Below, one piece after another: positions 61,996-64,000 of a DNA stretch of 64,000 bases. The notes beneath the pieces are model-generated. The model was not told the DNA's origin and made no database searches. It saw only the letters and a list, made by a program, of their open reading frames with translations. The stretch is from contig DHPR01000012.1 in assembly GCA_002410925.1 (NCBI GenBank), positions 270,643-334,642 of the forward strand, in the 5' to 3' direction. This DNA comes from a bacterium UBP13_UBA5359. GTDB lineage: Bacteria > UBP13 > UBA5359. Positions within the stretch are counted from its first letter, which is position 1, and each line of letters begins with the position of its first letter. The position numbers were made by a program, and so were the translations under genes.

Positions 61996-62935
61996 CAGAG
62001 CGCTGATAAATAAATGGAGCCCGGACAGGGAAGGGGTAAGTGTAATTGTACCTACTTTCAACCGGGCTGCTATTCTGGAAAAGGTGCTTTTTTCGCTTGA
62101 TGACCAATCCTTGCCGGCTAATGAATATGAGGTAATAGTAGTAGATGACGGATCGGAGGATGATACCGCTGCTGCCGTAAGCAGGCTGCAGCAACGGATG
62201 AATTACCGTCTGGGGTATATCCGTAATGAAGAAAGCCGGGGTGTGACCGGCGCTACCAACAGAGGGATAAAGGCAGCAGAGGGAGAAATACTGGTGATTA
62301 TCAATGATGATGCCCTGGCCGATCGGCGATTGCTGGAAGAACATCTGCTGGCTCACTCCCGGACACGGCGGACGGTCTTTTGCGGCCAGGTATTCAACGT
62401 TCCTGCCCCGAAGCGCCTGCGGTTGCATCCGGTAATTTCTTATTTGCACCTGTCCTTTGCTTTCTTTTGCGGCACCAACGTCTCTGTGCGGCGCCGGGAA
62501 TTGCTATCGGTCGGTCTTTTTGATGAGAATATCCGTTACGGCTATGAAGACCTGGAGTTGGGCTTCAGATTGTCCCGGGCCGGATTTCGTTCTCATCTCA
62601 ATCGCCGTTGCCAGGTTTTTCATTATAAGAAGCCGCAAACAGCAGAGGAATATCTTGTCGGTATGAGCAGATATGCCCGTGAACTCGGCCGAGGAGCGGC
62701 TTATTATTATTGGAAGCATCGGTGCCTGAGAGTGATGATGTCGACAGGAATATTTCCCTTTGCAGTGTGTATTCACAAGCGCTTTTTCTCTGGTGGGCAG
62801 ATAGCGGCATTTATGCGCCGTGCTCTGGCCAGTACCCGATGCCCGGTAAAGCTGCGTATTCTGCCGGGGCTTATTCTTTACAGATTGGAATTTTATGATG
62901 CTGTTTGCCAGAGGCTGGATGAATTAGGAGAGTAG
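61982..62935 (+). CDS. Family 2 glycosyltransferase
   Basis: SVIVPTFN, VVDDGS, NDD, YGYEDLELG. Confidence 0.92.
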   Translation: MLSDNRALINKWSPDREGVSVIVPTFNRAAILEKVLFSLDDQSLPANEYEVIVVDDGSEDDTAAAVSRLQQRMNYRLGYIRNEESRGVTGATNRGIKAAEGEILVIINDDALADRRLLEEHLLAHSRTRRTVFCGQVFNVPAPKRLRLHPVISYLHLSFAFFCGTNVSVRRRELLSVGLFDENIRYGYEDLELGFRLSRAGFRSHLNRRCQVFHYKKPQTAEEYLVGMSRYARELGRGAAYYYWKHRCLRVMMSTGIFPFAVCIHKRFFSGGQIAAFMRRALASTRCPVKLRILPGLILYRLEFYDAVCQRLDELGE

Positions 62936-63667
62936 TTTTGCTGCTCTATCTACAATTTGCTTTGCGCCTTTGTCCCAATCATCCTTGTTAACGACGAGCT
63001 TGCTTATGATGGCTTTTAATTCATCCAGAGTATCGTAAGTCAAAGTCGGAAACTCGTTATACCATCCGACCTTTGTGGTAATTACAGGCTTACCCATAGC
63101 GATAGCTTCCTTGATGCACATTGGACCGCCTTCAAGTTCACTTGTAACAAGGATATAATCTATCGATCTGTAGAAATCCGCCAGTTCGTCGTACGTAAGG
63201 GAGCCGTTGGTCCATTTGATGCGGATGCCGGCTATCCTTTCCAGCGCCTTAACCCAGTCCATTCTCTTTCTGTTGCTTCTGTAAGGCCGGCCGCAGACAC
63301 CCAGCACGATCTCTTTTTTGTAGAACTGCTCTCCAACGCCTATTTTTAATTTAGTTGATTTATTTTCCGGAAGCAAGGACATCGTATAATCCGATTGTGC
63401 AAAGCACCAATCGCAATTACGGCTGGCATTGCTAAAAAGCCTTGATAATCTTTTATTCTTCTCCATATGAGTAAAGACGCATATGGATTTGTAATGTCCT
63501 TTGCGGTATAAGGCGTAATTTATGAAAACGTTGACATCTGCTTGCCGGTTCGGAGCCAGGTGAGTAATAGTTGCTTCTGGAATTCGTTTGGCGAACTCTT
63601 CCGCCCAGCGGCCCAGGATCCAGTAAGGCTTTTTCTCGGTAGTAAAATTGATCTTCATATCGGCCAA
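62924..63667 (-). CDS. GT-B (GT4-like) glycosyltransferase
   Basis: TSELEGGP...EAIAMGKPVITT.VG signature; start could be ATG 63658. Confidence 0.8.
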   Translation of the reverse strand: MADMKINFTTEKKPYWILGRWAEEFAKRIPEATITHLAPNRQADVNVFINYALYRKGHYKSICVFTHMEKNKRLSRLFSNASRNCDWCFAQSDYTMSLLPENKSTKLKIGVGEQFYKKEIVLGVCGRPYRSNRKRMDWVKALERIAGIRIKWTNGSLTYDELADFYRSIDYILVTSELEGGPMCIKEAIAMGKPVITTKVGWYNEFPTLTYDTLDELKAIISKLVVNKDDWDKGAKQIVDRAAKLLS

Positions 63668-63868
63668 TCCTCATCCTTTAAGCATATTTGGTTATAACAT
63701 ATTTGTTCAAGTACAGGCAAGGGGCTCTTCATCTCTTCAGGCACCTCCCCTGCATCAGGCATCTTTTCTTTTCGGGGACGTGAGTGGGACGCATAGGGGA
63801 TGTACATTGACCGATTTGATAAGTGAATTATTATAGCGCGACAAAGCAAGTGCTAAGGAGCAGTAACA

Positions 63869-64000
63869 ATGCCCAGGTAGGCCAGACTGGATGCACCAGG
63901 AATACTTCATCATGTAATGGTGAGAGGCATCGAGCAGGGAAAGATTGTAGATGGTCGGAAGGATGGACAGGATAAAGCCTATGTATTATCCGCTGTATCG
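63869..64000 (+). pseudogene. Inactivated Y1 (IS200-like / RAYT-type) transposase, N-terminal part
   Basis: AAGGAG RBS, then MPR*ARLDAPGILHHVMVRGIEQGKI, matching the MPRxARLDAPGxLHHVxxRGI start typical of these enzymes; TAG at 63878-63880. Confidence 0.75.

Noticed and set aside
63695-63710. LexA box upstream of the last glycosyltransferase
   Set aside because: The GAAC/GTT half-sites are spaced 6 nt apart, not 4
63869-63880. Amber recoding suggested by in-frame TAGs here and at 2480-2482
   Set aside because: TAG ends bona fide genes at the expected positions (rpmH, ilvE), so ordinary nonsense mutations are the simpler explanation

Overview
This is the replication-origin region of a bacterial chromosome. 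Genes left of about 27.2 kb mostly lie on the minus strand and genes right of about 27.6 kb mostly on the plus strand. Leftward arm: a GHKL-ATPase/winged-HTH gene, dnaA, oriC (DnaA boxes, six DnaA-trios, AT tract), dnaN, recF, a dciA-like gene, an inserted galT-galK-epimerase block, gyrB, gyrA, metG, tatD, a TPR membrane protein, an M55 peptidase, a yabE/3D muralytic gene, rsmA, and a partly decayed carbohydrate-utilisation cluster. Rightward arm: rpmH-rnpA-yidD-yidC-jag-mnmE-mnmG-rsmG, parA-parB with four perfect parS sites, cdsA, uppP, coaX, dusB, ThiF-like and larE genes, a phosphotriesterase, a PfkB kinase, lexA, ilvE-clpC-radA-disA, folK, panB, RNase G, MsbA-like/LpxB-related/glycosyltransferase genes and a dead Y1 transposase at the right edge. 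Gene order is Firmicutes-like, while the envelope genes hint at a diderm Terrabacteria lineage (inference only). The best candidate for an uncharacterised system is the ATPase-wHTH gene placed between the upstream DnaA-box cluster and dnaA. Next is a ParA with an amphipathic-helix/acidic N-terminal tail whose coding sequence contains a parS site. I saw no rRNA, tRNA or CRISPR array. All family assignments come from motif recognition, not database searches.
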